A stretch of 64,000 bases of DNA from Minisyncoccota bacterium (GCA_041917695.1 JAYRXE010000037.1:370582-434581), one strand, 5' to 3'; shown: positions 48,324-58,280, numbered from the stretch's first letter. Notes: generated by a model from the letters alone, not told the origin. Numbers and translations are program-made.

Positions 48324-48725
48324 CTAAGGGCGATTTTTTGATCTCATTTTCCCGAAACGGGGGTTCTTCTTCTTGAGCGCAATCTTCATCCGCTCAAAAT
48401 TAAAGTACCCTCCCCCCATCTTCACCGCATAGTGGATGCTCTTCCGTTCCGCAGTCTTTTCAAGATTCGAGCGGAAACAGAGAAGAACCATGAGGACGTT
48501 TTTTGCGTCTTCTTCGCACGCCGTGAAGAATTTCAGAATATCTTCCCCGTATATGCCGAGCTCGTCGAGCGCGAAGAGGGCGGAATCGGCATAGTCATAA
48601 TCCAAAAGCGCGCTGAGTTTCTGAATCGCATCGAAGCGCTCTTCCGTGAGCCCCATCACCAAATCTTCGCGCGTATGCATGCGCTCCGAAAGATGCCGGG
48701 TCTCAAAACCGCTTTTTTTACCCAC
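48324..48725 (-). CDS. Hypothetical protein
   Basis: SD AAGGAGG + GTG; LDELGIYGEDI motif. Confidence 0.65.
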   Translation of the reverse strand: MGKKSGFETRHLSERMHTREDLVMGLTEERFDAIQKLSALLDYDYADSALFALDELGIYGEDILKFFTACEEDAKNVLMVLLCFRSNLEKTAERKSIHYAVKMGGGYFNFERMKIALKKKNPRFGKMRSKNRP

Positions 48726-48762
48726 GTCGCCCTCCTTTCCGGGCTTTGGTTAGTTTCTTGTT

Positions 48763-49974
48763 TCAGCTTAACCTCCTTCGCAAATCCTTCAAGGGCCTGC
48801 TTCGGCGATACCGATGGAAATTGATGGCGAAACGGTGCGCCTCGTCGCGGGCGCGTATAAGCTCGGCTTCGGCGATTCCAGCGGGGATTTTCCCCACAAA
48901 CTCGTTCTTTTTGCGTTCCGGCCCCTTCGCAATGCCGACCACGGGAATGGAAAGCCCCGCCGCTTCGAGTACGGCCTCCACGGCGTTCACTTGGCCCTTC
49001 CCGCCGTCGATGAGCATCACGTGCGGAAGCGGCCAGTCGTTCTTCAGCCTTCGTTCCATCACCTCCTTAAGCATTCCCGTATCGTTCGAACCGCGGATGG
49101 TCTTCACGATAAATTTCCGGTAATCGCTTTTTTTGGGGGAACCATTCTCCAAAACGACCATCACGCCGACCGCGTCCGTTCCAGAGATGTTTGAGATGTC
49201 GTACCCTTCTATCCGCGTGCCGTTCCCTTTCTTTTCGTCCTTCTCTTCCTTGCCGATGAGCGAGGTGTCCTGGATATGCCGGAGGGCGAAGATGCGCTTC
49301 TTCAACTTTCCGGCCTTTTCGAACTGGAGCGCGTCCGATGCCTCCTCCATTTCCCTTTCGAGCCGGCGGATAAGCAGGCGTTTCTTGCCCTTCAAAAACA
49401 TTTTGAGGTTTTTCACCGTCTCTTTGTATTCGGCCTTGTCTACCTCTTGAAAACAGGTGCCCGGACACAACCCCAGCTGAAAATCGAAACAGGGACGCCC
49501 CATTTTCCCGATGGCTTCGGGCGGGTGCGTATTCCAGGGGAAGATCTTCCGCAAAATGCGCATGGCTTCGCGAATCGATGAAGCGGACACGAAGGGTCCG
49601 AAGCGTTCCCCCGCCTGCTCCGCTTTCCCGCGCATGAGAAGCACCCGCGGATACGGATCTTTCGTAATCTCGACGAACAGGAAGCTTTTATCGTCCTTCT
49701 CGCGGATGTTGTACGGAGGTATCTCGCGCTTGATGAGTTCCGCTTCGAGAATCAAGGCTTCCAAGGCCGAGTCGGTTTCGCGGTACTGGATATCCCGGAT
49801 TTCCGAGACCATCTTTTGTATGCGCGCGTCGTGCGGACGCAAAAAATAACTCGACACCCGCCGGCGCAAATTCGCCGCCTTCCCGATATACAAAATGCGC
49901 CCGCGGGCGTCGTACATGATGTAGCACCCGGGCGCATCGGGAAGGTGGCCGTAGAGTTCTTTCGGCCCCTTCAT
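48763..49974 (-). CDS. uvrC: Excinuclease ABC subunit C (short form, no C-terminal HhH)
   Basis: PGCY..YIGKA.NLRRRVSSYF, UVR domain, IEGYDISN, LIDGGKGQ, RDEAHRFA. Confidence 0.92.
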   Translation of the reverse strand: MKGPKELYGHLPDAPGCYIMYDARGRILYIGKAANLRRRVSSYFLRPHDARIQKMVSEIRDIQYRETDSALEALILEAELIKREIPPYNIREKDDKSFLFVEITKDPYPRVLLMRGKAEQAGERFGPFVSASSIREAMRILRKIFPWNTHPPEAIGKMGRPCFDFQLGLCPGTCFQEVDKAEYKETVKNLKMFLKGKKRLLIRRLEREMEEASDALQFEKAGKLKKRIFALRHIQDTSLIGKEEKDEKKGNGTRIEGYDISNISGTDAVGVMVVLENGSPKKSDYRKFIVKTIRGSNDTGMLKEVMERRLKNDWPLPHVMLIDGGKGQVNAVEAVLEAAGLSIPVVGIAKGPERKKNEFVGKIPAGIAEAELIRARDEAHRFAINFHRYRRSRPLKDLRRRLS

Positions 49975-49977
49975 AGG

Positions 49978-50295
49978 CTAGAGGTACGGCGCGAGCTCGT
50001 CTTTAAAAACGTCTTTCGGCCGGAATCCGATGAAATCCTTCACGACCTGGCCGTTTTTGAAAAGCTTCATGTTCGGCAGGCTCTGGATGCGGTACTGAAC
50101 GGCAAGCTCGAGATTGTCGGGTTCTTCGGTGTTTACCTTCACCACCTTCATTTTTCCCGCAAGCTCCGCATCCATCGCTTCGAGGATGGGCGCCATCATC
50201 CGGCAGGGGCCGCACCACGGCGCCCAAAAATCCACAAGCACCGGAACCGGCGAATCCAAAACCGCTGATTGAAAATCTTTTTTAGTTATATCCAT
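49978..50295 (-). CDS. trxA: Thioredoxin
   Basis: VDFWAPWCGPC. Confidence 0.95.
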   Translation of the reverse strand: MDITKKDFQSAVLDSPVPVLVDFWAPWCGPCRMMAPILEAMDAELAGKMKVVKVNTEEPDNLELAVQYRIQSLPNMKLFKNGQVVKDFIGFRPKDVFKDELAPYL

Positions 50296-50305
50296 GGCGA
50301 AAAAA

Positions 50306-50473
50306 TTAATACGCTCCGATCGAGGCCTTATAGTAAAGGAAAAGAATGACCCACACAATGCTCGCAAAAATAACCCCTGCGACGAATCCGGAAAGCGACG
50401 ATGCCACTTTCCTGCCTAATTGGAACGGATACCGCCGGGGAGTTTCTACCGAAAAGTCAGATGCTTTTTTCAT
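50306..50473 (-). CDS. Small membrane protein (55 aa)
   Basis: Manual translation MKKASDFSVETPRRYPFQLGRKVASSLSGFVAGVIFASIVWVILFLYYKASIGAY. Confidence 0.6.
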   Translation of the reverse strand: MKKASDFSVETPRRYPFQLGRKVASSLSGFVAGVIFASIVWVILFLYYKASIGAY

Positions 50474-50547
50474 GGTGATGCAGTGAAACGGCCTTTGTTT
50501 TTCTTCAGTATACCCGCCGCTCCCCGTAAAGAGAAGTCTCCGGAACC

Positions 50548-51546
50548 TTAAAAATCATAATTTATCCCCATCGACGCCTTCGCGCGCGAGAGGACGCCTT
50601 CGGAAACCTTTCTCGCCCGAAGAGTGCCCTTTTTCAGAATTTCGAGTGTTGCCTTCCGGTTTTTTTCGTACTTTGCACGCCTCGCCCGCATCGGCTCGAG
50701 ATGCGATTCCAAAACGCCGATGAGGCGCTTCTTCACCTCGACATCTCCGAGACCGCCCCGCTGATACGCTTTTTTTAAGTTTTCCACTTCGTCTTTCTCC
50801 GCGTCAAACGCGTCGAGATATTCAAAAACGACGTTTCCCTTCACTTTTCCCGGATCGGAAACCTTCACGTGCCCCGGGTCGGTGTACATCATCATGACCT
50901 TCTTCTTCACCTCGTCCGGGGAATCCGAAAGATAGATGCAATTACCGAGGGTTTTCGACATCTTGGCCCCGCCGTCAATCCCGGAAAGGCGGGAAACGGG
51001 TGACAGCATCGCTTCCGCGCGCTTGAACGTTTTTCCGTAGATGCGGTTGAAGCGGTCCGCAATTTCATTCGTTTGCTCTATCATCGGCAATTGGTCGGCG
51101 CCGACGGGAACGAGGTCGGCATCGAAGCCGAGAATATCGGCAGCCTGGCTCACGGGGTACGCCAAAAAACCGGCGGGAACGTTCCGCGCAAAACCTTTTT
51201 CCTTCATTTCATGCTTTACCGTCGGATTCTGCTCGAGGCGCGCCAGGGTCACGAGGTTCAGAAAATACTGGCTGAGTTCCGCAAGGGCGGGAATCTGCGA
51301 TTGTAAAAATATCGTCGTTTTCTTCGGATCAATACCGACGCCGAGATAGTCGCACAGCACCTCGAAGGTGTTTTTCTCGATGTCCGCCCCGCGGTCCGCC
51401 TTGTCGGTAAGCGCCTGCGTGTCCGCAATCATTACGAACTGGGAATGCGTATCCTGGAGCCTCACGCGATTTACAAGCGAGCCCGCATAGTGCCCCAGAT
51501 GGAGCCTCCCTGTCGGCCTGTCGCCGGTAAGAACTGTTTTCTTCAT
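50548..51546 (-). CDS. trpS: Tryptophanyl-tRNA synthetase
   Basis: TGDRPTGRLHLGH, YPVSQAADI, VPVGADQ, KMSKT. Confidence 0.97.
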   Translation of the reverse strand: MKKTVLTGDRPTGRLHLGHYAGSLVNRVRLQDTHSQFVMIADTQALTDKADRGADIEKNTFEVLCDYLGVGIDPKKTTIFLQSQIPALAELSQYFLNLVTLARLEQNPTVKHEMKEKGFARNVPAGFLAYPVSQAADILGFDADLVPVGADQLPMIEQTNEIADRFNRIYGKTFKRAEAMLSPVSRLSGIDGGAKMSKTLGNCIYLSDSPDEVKKKVMMMYTDPGHVKVSDPGKVKGNVVFEYLDAFDAEKDEVENLKKAYQRGGLGDVEVKKRLIGVLESHLEPMRARRAKYEKNRKATLEILKKGTLRARKVSEGVLSRAKASMGINYDF

Positions 51547-51648
51547 GTTTATTCATCATAGCACGGAAAATTGCCATGGTTATTGACATATATCTATATT
51601 AATGCTTAAATATTCCGGCAACTTAACATAACCAAAAGGAGGTTAAAC

Positions 51649-52164
51649 TTGTCTTCAAAATCTTCGAAAAAAAGGATTCTTTTGATCACCAACGGCGTTT
51701 CCCTTTGGAAACCATACGAGGAGGAACTGAAACGTCTCGGATTTGAGGTCGATTTCTGCAGTTCGTTCTGCGATATCAAAACTAAGTGCGCAGAGAATAC
51801 ATACTTCTGCGCCATCATTGATGCCGCCGATCCCTGCTCATTCGTAAGTGCGCCGGGAGTCCTCAAAGACTTCACGGCAAAATACGGACAATGGTCCATG
51901 GGTACGCCCGCTGCAGGCATTCATTTGGCAAAGGCACAGGTACCTTTTCTAAGCTTCGCCCTCATGGACGTGGATATTGACCGCGTACCGGAGGACTTAA
52001 AAGGCTTGGTTTGGATGGGATTAGTGGCGTGCAAGCCGGAACTTACCAGCAGAATATTCAAACTCCTCAAAACCATCCCTGACGGCTCCACAGAGGAAAC
52101 CTTCAAAAGAGTTCTTAAGGGCGCTTCATCAGAAACTCCCATGAGACAGGTAGCAAACAGTTAA
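51649..52164 (+). CDS. Hypothetical protein, degenerate receiver-like
   Basis: TTGACA at 51583, SD AGGAGG + TTG; KRILLI..ELKRLGFEV..AIID. Confidence 0.6.
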   Translation: MSSKSSKKRILLITNGVSLWKPYEEELKRLGFEVDFCSSFCDIKTKCAENTYFCAIIDAADPCSFVSAPGVLKDFTAKYGQWSMGTPAAGIHLAKAQVPFLSFALMDVDIDRVPEDLKGLVWMGLVACKPELTSRIFKLLKTIPDGSTEETFKRVLKGASSETPMRQVANS

Positions 52165-52189
52165 TTTTAAACCCGGATAATTCCGGGTT

Positions 52190-52636
52190 TTATTTTATCC
52201 TCTTTACGAAGTGAACGAGGATGTCCGATTCTTTAAAACCAGCACTTTTGTGCATTCTCCTGCTTTCAACATTCGTCTGATTCGTATCCGAGCCCATTTC
52301 TGTGCATCCTTTTTCACGCGCCCATTTTTCAGCCTCCTCCATAAGTCTTCGCGCAACGCCTTTGCGGCGATGTTCGGGCTTCACATAGACGCCCTCAAGG
52401 TATCCCACTGGCGACGTCTCCGTGCCTTCGACATAATCCGTGCGCAGGCTTGCGTGAATATATCCCAAGGGAATCCCATCTTCAACGCATACGAAGCAGG
52501 CTGCCGTTTCCGACGTGAGGGCTGTTTTTAGGTAATCATCTCTGAAATCGACTGTATCCGCATGCGGCCATAAAGCGATTGCCATCGCAATCACATCCTT
52601 GAAATCCTTCTCTTCAGCACGGCGATATTCTCTCAT
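52190..52636 (-). CDS. aac(6'): Aminoglycoside 6'-N-acetyltransferase-like GNAT
   Basis: LWP, SLRTDYVEGTETSPVGYLEGVYV..R.KG, GCTEMGSD. Confidence 0.85.
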   Translation of the reverse strand: MREYRRAEEKDFKDVIAMAIALWPHADTVDFRDDYLKTALTSETAACFVCVEDGIPLGYIHASLRTDYVEGTETSPVGYLEGVYVKPEHRRKGVARRLMEEAEKWAREKGCTEMGSDTNQTNVESRRMHKSAGFKESDILVHFVKRIK

Positions 52637-52782
52637 TTTTTAAAAGGGTTGTCCGCGAAAAGCGACATGACGCCCAGAGCTATGAAAATGCCGGCATAGA
52701 GCCAATCCCCGTTCGAAAAAGCCTCCAGGAGAGACAAGAGGAAGAAGATTGCAAATACCGCCGTATTTGGTCCTAATTTCAT
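52633..52782 (-). CDS. Small membrane protein (49 aa)
   Basis: MKLGPNTAVFAIFFLLSLLEAFSNGDWLYAGIFIALGVMSLFADNPFKK; ATGA overlaps at both ends. Confidence 0.7.
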   Translation of the reverse strand: MKLGPNTAVFAIFFLLSLLEAFSNGDWLYAGIFIALGVMSLFADNPFKK

Positions 52783-53333
52783 CGTATATATACCTTATAC
52801 TGGAAATCCGCCAATAGCACGGTATCCAAATTCCCCGGACAGTCACTTAATCGTTCCGCATTCTCGCCGATATAATGACAAATAGTTTTTGCAGGAACAA
52901 AACCTAAACCCTCAAAAACCCCTCCTTCGGACTTGCTATAAAAATACGTTGATAAGACATAGGCGCCCGCTGAGTCTCCAGCAACCACCTTACCTTCAAA
53001 AAGGTGGCCCAAATTCGGGCACCCTTTCAATACTTCCAGGAGTTTAAGCGTTTTCCCGCCTTGAATATAAATAACGTGGGATTTTTTTATTTGCTCTTCT
53101 AAATTTTCTTTTTGAGCTATTTCATAAATAAAAGACCGGTTCCCAGCATTCCTCTCAAATTGTTCAATTTGTCTCGCTTTCAATCCCTCGTACTCATGTT
53201 CATCTTTTGCAAAATACACAAGGAGAACACGGATTGCGCTCGGAAGATCTTTCAAGATTTCCTGATAAAATTGGTCATTTTGAGCATTGATTTCTCGCGC
53301 AAATCCTCCTTGGAGAATGAATTTAGTTCTCAT
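52779..53333 (-). CDS. Peptidase S51 (peptidase E-like) protein
   Basis: IYIQGG, AGDSAGA, GLGFV..CHY. Confidence 0.85.
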   Translation of the reverse strand: MRTKFILQGGFAREINAQNDQFYQEILKDLPSAIRVLLVYFAKDEHEYEGLKARQIEQFERNAGNRSFIYEIAQKENLEEQIKKSHVIYIQGGKTLKLLEVLKGCPNLGHLFEGKVVAGDSAGAYVLSTYFYSKSEGGVFEGLGFVPAKTICHYIGENAERLSDCPGNLDTVLLADFQYKVYIR

Positions 53334-53856
53334 TTTTCGCCGCTTCATCCAGTTCCCTGAGCAAGCTCGACTTTCCTTCTCTATAGGCGGGGTAATCGTT
53401 TGGAAACTTCTTATACAGTTCTTCTTTCAAAGAGGAATATTTTTCTGCCCACTCAGGTTTTTTTCTCAAAAAATCCCTAATGCCTAAAAATTGAGAAACC
53501 TTAAAATTCGTGCGATCGCAAACATGTATGTTTTCGGTTTTCCGCCCGTCCGTTAAAACTTTGAAAAAAAGAAGGGTGTTGGGCGCAATATAGTTTTCTC
53601 CATATTGATACCCGAGTTTTCCCATCTTTTCTTTCTCTTCTGAAAAGTCCCCCATCGCATCCACTATCACTAAGACGTCTATAAGCGGCTTTGCGCGCAT
53701 TCCAGGGATTGAGGTGCTTCCGATATGTTCTATAGCTTGCGCTTTACTCCCAAAAACTTTTTCTAACTTTTCTTTTATTTTTTTAAAATCAATAACCCAT
53801 TCAGAATTGTACGGCTCTATCGAGTATGGGCGCTTTTGATTCTTATCTAAATTCAT
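53323..53856 (-). CDS. GrpB/UPF0157 family protein
   Basis: IEHIGSTSIPG..AKPLID, RDFLR, Y..LK, Y..GK. Confidence 0.9.
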   Translation of the reverse strand: MNLDKNQKRPYSIEPYNSEWVIDFKKIKEKLEKVFGSKAQAIEHIGSTSIPGMRAKPLIDVLVIVDAMGDFSEEKEKMGKLGYQYGENYIAPNTLLFFKVLTDGRKTENIHVCDRTNFKVSQFLGIRDFLRKKPEWAEKYSSLKEELYKKFPNDYPAYREGKSSLLRELDEAAKNEN

Positions 53857-53858
53857 AT

Positions 53859-54869
53859 TTACCACAGTGAAAAATATACTCTCAAAAGAACTGACTTTAC
53901 TCCGTCATCTATCGCGCCGTAGAGATTCACTTCCGAACGGGAATCGTTTTCAGCAAGCAGATACAATGCGCGTTTTTTCGTATCATATGCGGCGACCTTC
54001 ACGGTCCCGATGCATCCGTCATAGCTGCATCCGGAAAAAACGACGAATTTCCGCTTATCGGGAAGCGTTGCGACAACCGTCTTGAATCCCTGCCTCATTT
54101 CAGCCACTTCGAAATTCGGGATAAAGCGCCGTACGAGCGTCAAAAGGCTCGGCTGCTTTTTGAAAACCTCTTCCGGATTTGCCCCATATGTTTTTATAAG
54201 CGCATCCTCTGAACTCATCTCGCCGGAGAACGGGACGCTTCGAAGTTCTTCGTTTATCGGGGTTATCGCGGGTTTTACGGGGTTTATAGGTGCCACGACG
54301 GCAATCTTCTTCTCGCACTTCCCCATCCAAAAATCCGCCGCCTTGCAGGTCTTCCCCGTCGTCAGAAATACGCAATTTCCCGTTTCGCGGGGAGTTTTGT
54401 AGTTCTTGTCGCGGACGGGACGATATTCGCCTCCCATCGTGATACAGTACCGGGCAGCCTCAGTGTACTGGCCCGTGATAAGCGCGCCGTTTTGCGGGCA
54501 TTCTTCGGAAATATACGAATTCACTTCGCACTCCCTGCCGCCCAAAAAAACGCACACCGCATATTCCGCCCCTGCCCCGTTTTTCCGGTATTCGATCTTC
54601 CCGCCGTGGTTCTTGCAATACTCGATCTCCCGGGGAACCTCCGGAAGGGCGAAGATCGTCGACGTGGGAATCGATTCGCCGATTTTTTCCGTTTCTCCTC
54701 CGCACGCTTCTGCTGGGGGTGGGCCTACCGGTTTACCCTCCTTCTGCCACACATTGTCGCGGCACACCCATTTCCCTTCCGGCTTCTGAAAACCGACGAT
54801 TGCGACCGCAGCAATGACGGCAAGAATCACGCCCGCCTGGAGGGCATGTTTTGATTTCAAAAAGCTCAT
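53859..54869 (-). CDS. DUF333-repeat exported protein
   Basis: WVC..W.K.G.P; YCKNHGG..CVF..CE; YCITMGG..CVF..C. Confidence 0.75.
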   Translation of the reverse strand: MSFLKSKHALQAGVILAVIAAVAIVGFQKPEGKWVCRDNVWQKEGKPVGPPPAEACGGETEKIGESIPTSTIFALPEVPREIEYCKNHGGKIEYRKNGAGAEYAVCVFLGGRECEVNSYISEECPQNGALITGQYTEAARYCITMGGEYRPVRDKNYKTPRETGNCVFLTTGKTCKAADFWMGKCEKKIAVVAPINPVKPAITPINEELRSVPFSGEMSSEDALIKTYGANPEEVFKKQPSLLTLVRRFIPNFEVAEMRQGFKTVVATLPDKRKFVVFSGCSYDGCIGTVKVAAYDTKKRALYLLAENDSRSEVNLYGAIDDGVKSVLLRVYFSLW

Positions 54870-54894
54870 CACCTTGGTGAGCGAAAAAGGCATC

Positions 54895-55221
54895 TTACCT
54901 ACCCGCGTTGGGATTCTCGCCGAGACACGCCAGGAAGATTGCATTTGCATCCGTCTCGCCTGCGGCAAGCTTCCTGCCGATGCATTCATCCACGCTATTT
55001 TTATACGTTTCTTCCTTCGGCTGTTCACGAGGAGCCTCTGTCTCCACCGTAAAGCCCCCGCCGGTTGACGAACCGTTCACGAGAACGCTCGGCTCCGTAG
55101 TCGTCGCCGCCTCTTCCACTACGGGCGCCTCCACCCGGGCACCCCACCCGGCGCGCCAGGCAAAAAAGAGTCCGCCGAGGACGGCAATGGCAATAATCGA
55201 AAGTATCACTTTGTCCCTCAT
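54895..55221 (-). CDS. Hypothetical membrane-anchored protein
   Basis: Start MRDKV; TM; C-terminal Cys pair. Confidence 0.65.
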   Translation of the reverse strand: MRDKVILSIIAIAVLGGLFFAWRAGWGARVEAPVVEEAATTTEPSVLVNGSSTGGGFTVETEAPREQPKEETYKNSVDECIGRKLAAGETDANAIFLACLGENPNAGR

Positions 55222-55401
55222 ATTTTTAGTATATATCCTCGGGAAGTTCCGGGAAAAATACGCGGGGAGAGAAATCAGGCTTTCCAAATTCACGATAACC
55301 TGAAAGAAAGCGGGATATGGCGCGTTTTTTTGCTTCTTCGCTTATTTTTTCTCCGCGCCGTTCGGGAGAACGTTCGGAGGAGAGCGGTATATTTTCTAAT
55401 T

Positions 55402-55722
55402 TCATGTGAGTGAGCCTAATTTTTTGGCGACGTCGCCCGCGGTCCTTGTCACCAATGTTTTCATATCCGGCCGCGAAACGAGGTTTTCGGAGAGAAACGT
55501 ATCGAGTTTCTCATCGTCTCCGCTTTCCACGGCTTCTTCAAACGCTTCCGCTTTTCCATCGGGGAGACATTCGAACATCATGCCGAAAAGCGCGGAAACC
55601 ACTTCTTCCCGCACGCTCAAATCGCTTTTCATGCGGGCAATTTCCGCCTTTGATGCGCCTGGACGGGATGTCGCAAGCGCCGCGGTGGCTATGTCATCAA
55701 TAAATCTGTCGAGAACGCTCAT
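55402..55722 (-). CDS. Hypothetical helical protein
   Basis: ORF packed in the minus-strand operon. Confidence 0.65.
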   Translation of the reverse strand: MSVLDRFIDDIATAALATSRPGASKAEIARMKSDLSVREEVVSALFGMMFECLPDGKAEAFEEAVESGDDEKLDTFLSENLVSRPDMKTLVTRTAGDVAKKLGSLT

Positions 55723-55737
55723 GTATGCTCCCAACCG

Positions 55738-56220
55738 CTAACGGCTCTTCCAAACAAGGATGAGCCCGAGCAAAACGAGGAGCGCCGGCAACAGGAATTT
55801 TTCGCGGAAGAATCCCCAGGGGAAAAGCTTGTCGAGGAGCAGCAACACGCCGACAAAGATGAGGACGATGCCCAGCACGTTCATCCGCTCGTCCCGCTTC
55901 AGGCGTTTCGCCTCCTTCACGAGTTCCTTCGCTTTCTCCCCCGTCTCGGCGGCAAACTCCTTCGCATTCTCCTTGCGGTTCCCGGCAACCTCCGTCGCAT
56001 CCTCCTTCACGGCTACCGCAAAAATGAGGTACGAAACGATGCCCAAGCCCGATACAAAGCTTAGGGCAATAAAAACGATTCGGACGATGGCAGGATCAAT
56101 CGCGAAATATTTCGCCAAGCCCCCCGCCACGCCGAAAATGATGCGGTCTTCCCGCGCGCGATAGAGGCGTCGAATATTCGTTTCCGTGGCCTTCTCGTGC
56201 TGATTTTTTTCGTGGTCCAT
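55738..56220 (-). CDS. PspC domain membrane protein
   Basis: RLYR..EDRIIFGVAGGLAKYFAIDP..VR. Confidence 0.9.
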   Translation of the reverse strand: MDHEKNQHEKATETNIRRLYRAREDRIIFGVAGGLAKYFAIDPAIVRIVFIALSFVSGLGIVSYLIFAVAVKEDATEVAGNRKENAKEFAAETGEKAKELVKEAKRLKRDERMNVLGIVLIFVGVLLLLDKLFPWGFFREKFLLPALLVLLGLILVWKSR

Positions 56221-56352
56221 ATGAATCCGATTATATGCCCTTTTAACGCTCTCCGAAAGGGGCCCGTGACTCCGTATTTGATTGGCCTTTTGGAGCGCTT
56301 CGTGCTATAACATCAGCAGTTTTTTTAATATTTTAAACTCAAAAGGAACGCG

Positions 56353-56670
56353 ATGGAAATATTCATGCTGCTTCAGGAACTTGCACGAAAGCTCGAGGAA
56401 GAACTGTTGAACCCCAGGTTCAAAAGCGCCTCAAGCCACAGTTTTCAAAACCCGCATTTGCGGATCAAAGTGACACCAACCAAAAAGAACGGCCTCGCCG
56501 CCGGGCTGGGAAACCCCATCATACAAATCAAGGAAATCGGCGAGAAGCGCTATTGCCTGGAAGCGCGGCATCTCAGGGATTATAAAAACTTCCTTCCCGA
56601 TATCAAGAAACTTACCGATGAATGGTGCAAAGAAAAACAATTCATCTTTGATTTCAGGTATATTTCCTGA
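56353..56670 (+). CDS. Hypothetical protein (orphan)
   Basis: AT-rich leader with AAGGA; terminator AAACCCCGC..GCGGGGTTT at about 56688-56709. Confidence 0.65.
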   Translation: MEIFMLLQELARKLEEELLNPRFKSASSHSFQNPHLRIKVTPTKKNGLAAGLGNPIIQIKEIGEKRYCLEARHLRDYKNFLPDIKKLTDEWCKEKQFIFDFRYIS

Positions 56671-56708
56671 CCTGTCCGTTAAAATTTAAAACCCCGCGTA
56701 TGCGGGGT

Positions 56709-57038
56709 TTATTTCTTATTCTTATCCTTCCCCCACCGCCAGCGGGGTTTTTCCCCTGTACGGTACGCCACGAAGATGAGCACGGCAACGAGTACGAAGG
56801 TTTGCGGCAGGTATTCATAGAGCATTTTCTCCATCGAGTTGAGCGGAGCGAGGCGCAGGTAATTTAAAATCCACAGCGCGATGAAAACGAGAAGCACGAG
56901 CCAGCCTTCCCAGGTCGCCGGATACCAGCCCCAACCGTATTCTTTGGCCCTAAACCAAAAAATTCTTTTTTGGTCGGGCGTCCCCTCCGTGGCGGGATTA
57001 GCCTTAAACCAAAGTTTTTTTTCTTTTTGAGCGCCCAC
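56709..57038 (-). CDS. Small membrane protein
   Basis: WFRAKEYGWGWYPATWEGW..TGEKPRWRWG. Confidence 0.75.
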   Translation of the reverse strand: MGAQKEKKLWFKANPATEGTPDQKRIFWFRAKEYGWGWYPATWEGWLVLLVFIALWILNYLRLAPLNSMEKMLYEYLPQTFVLVAVLIFVAYRTGEKPRWRWGKDKNKK

Positions 57039-57635
57039 TTATTTTTTCTCCACCGTCACTTTCTTCATGCTGACGGGCGCAAGCGGCCTGTCGTTTTGGT
57101 CGCGCTCAACGTTTGCGATCGCGTCAACCGTTTCTATGCCGGAAATCACTTTGCCGAAAATGGTGTACTGGTGCGGCAAGGGATAATCCGTTTGCATGAT
57201 GAAAAACTGGCTCCCGTTCGTATCGGGGCCCGCGTTCGCCATCGCCACCACTCCGCGCTTATAGCCGGCGCGCGCCGAATCCGTATCGGGAGAGAGCTCG
57301 TCGGCGAATTGATAGCCCGGGCCGCCCGTGCCGTCGCCCCGCGGATCGCCTCCCTGAATCATGAAGCCTGGAATGACGCGATGGAACGTGAGATTGTCGT
57401 AAAAGCCTTTCTCCGCGAGCGTAACGAAATTGCCGACGGTACGGGGAGCGTCGCCGTCATAGGTCTCGAATACGATCGTGCCGTAATTCGTCTCAATGGT
57501 GACGCGATGCGAAAAATTCGCCGCTTGTGCGATGGGACTGGTTTCGGGAACGGGTTGTGATTGGTTGTTCATATATATGATGATGCCGAGAATGGCCACG
57601 AGAAGAATTGCGCCGACGACGTATAGGTTCTTCAT
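57039..57635 (-). CDS. Cyclophilin-type peptidyl-prolyl isomerase
   Basis: FHRVIPGFMIQGGDP, AMANAGPDTNGSQFFI. Confidence 0.95.
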   Translation of the reverse strand: MKNLYVVGAILLVAILGIIIYMNNQSQPVPETSPIAQAANFSHRVTIETNYGTIVFETYDGDAPRTVGNFVTLAEKGFYDNLTFHRVIPGFMIQGGDPRGDGTGGPGYQFADELSPDTDSARAGYKRGVVAMANAGPDTNGSQFFIMQTDYPLPHQYTIFGKVISGIETVDAIANVERDQNDRPLAPVSMKKVTVEKK

Positions 57636-57675
57636 CCATGCATTCTAGCATAAAAAAGCTCCGGCGGGGCCGGAG

Positions 57676-58167
57676 CTAGTCTTTCATTTCCAAAAACGTC
57701 CATTCTTCCTCCCACTTGAATTTTTCGAATTCGGTGAGGAAGAGGCACGGTACCGCCTTTTCGTTTATTTTCTCCCACGTGAAGGCCAGCGCCGCTCTGC
57801 GGCCGTTTGCCCCGATAAAGATGGCTTCCTCCGTTTCGCAATAGAGCGTGGCAATGGGGACCAAGAGGTTTCCCGCGTACTTTATGAGCGTACCAAGAAA
57901 TTCCGCCGGATGAGCCGGGCGATAGGTGCGCTCTTCCCACTTGGCAAGAATGGTCGGCGTGCTCAAACCGCCGAAATGGACCACATTTGCGCAGACGCCG
58001 TTTTCCTCTTTCGTTTCACGCACCCGAGCGCGGTATTCCTCCGGAAGGGTCTTAAACACTTCGCGCTGTTCAAGGATTTCCGGAGCTATCCTCCATCTTT
58101 TCTTCTTGAAGAAATCCAGGGTCTCCACGAATCTGATGCGCGTAAGTTCCTGCTTTTTGGGACCCAT
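57676..58167 (-). CDS. Hypothetical protein (orphan)
   Basis: SD AAGGAGG; promoter TTGACG(58229)-18-CATACT. Confidence 0.65.
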   Translation of the reverse strand: MGPKKQELTRIRFVETLDFFKKKRWRIAPEILEQREVFKTLPEEYRARVRETKEENGVCANVVHFGGLSTPTILAKWEERTYRPAHPAEFLGTLIKYAGNLLVPIATLYCETEEAIFIGANGRRAALAFTWEKINEKAVPCLFLTEFEKFKWEEEWTFLEMKD

Positions 58168-58280
58168 AGGGGCCTCCTTTCTCGTAATTTACTGCCTTCA
58201 GTATGAAATAAGCCTCCTTGACCCGTCAATAAAAGGAAGGGTAGGATGGAGTCAGATATTAATTAAAAAAGGAGCTCAGG

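Noticed and set aside
48763-49974. uvrC pseudogene because it is short
   Set aside because: The ORF is intact with both nuclease domains; only the HhH tail is missing, which fits a compact variant.
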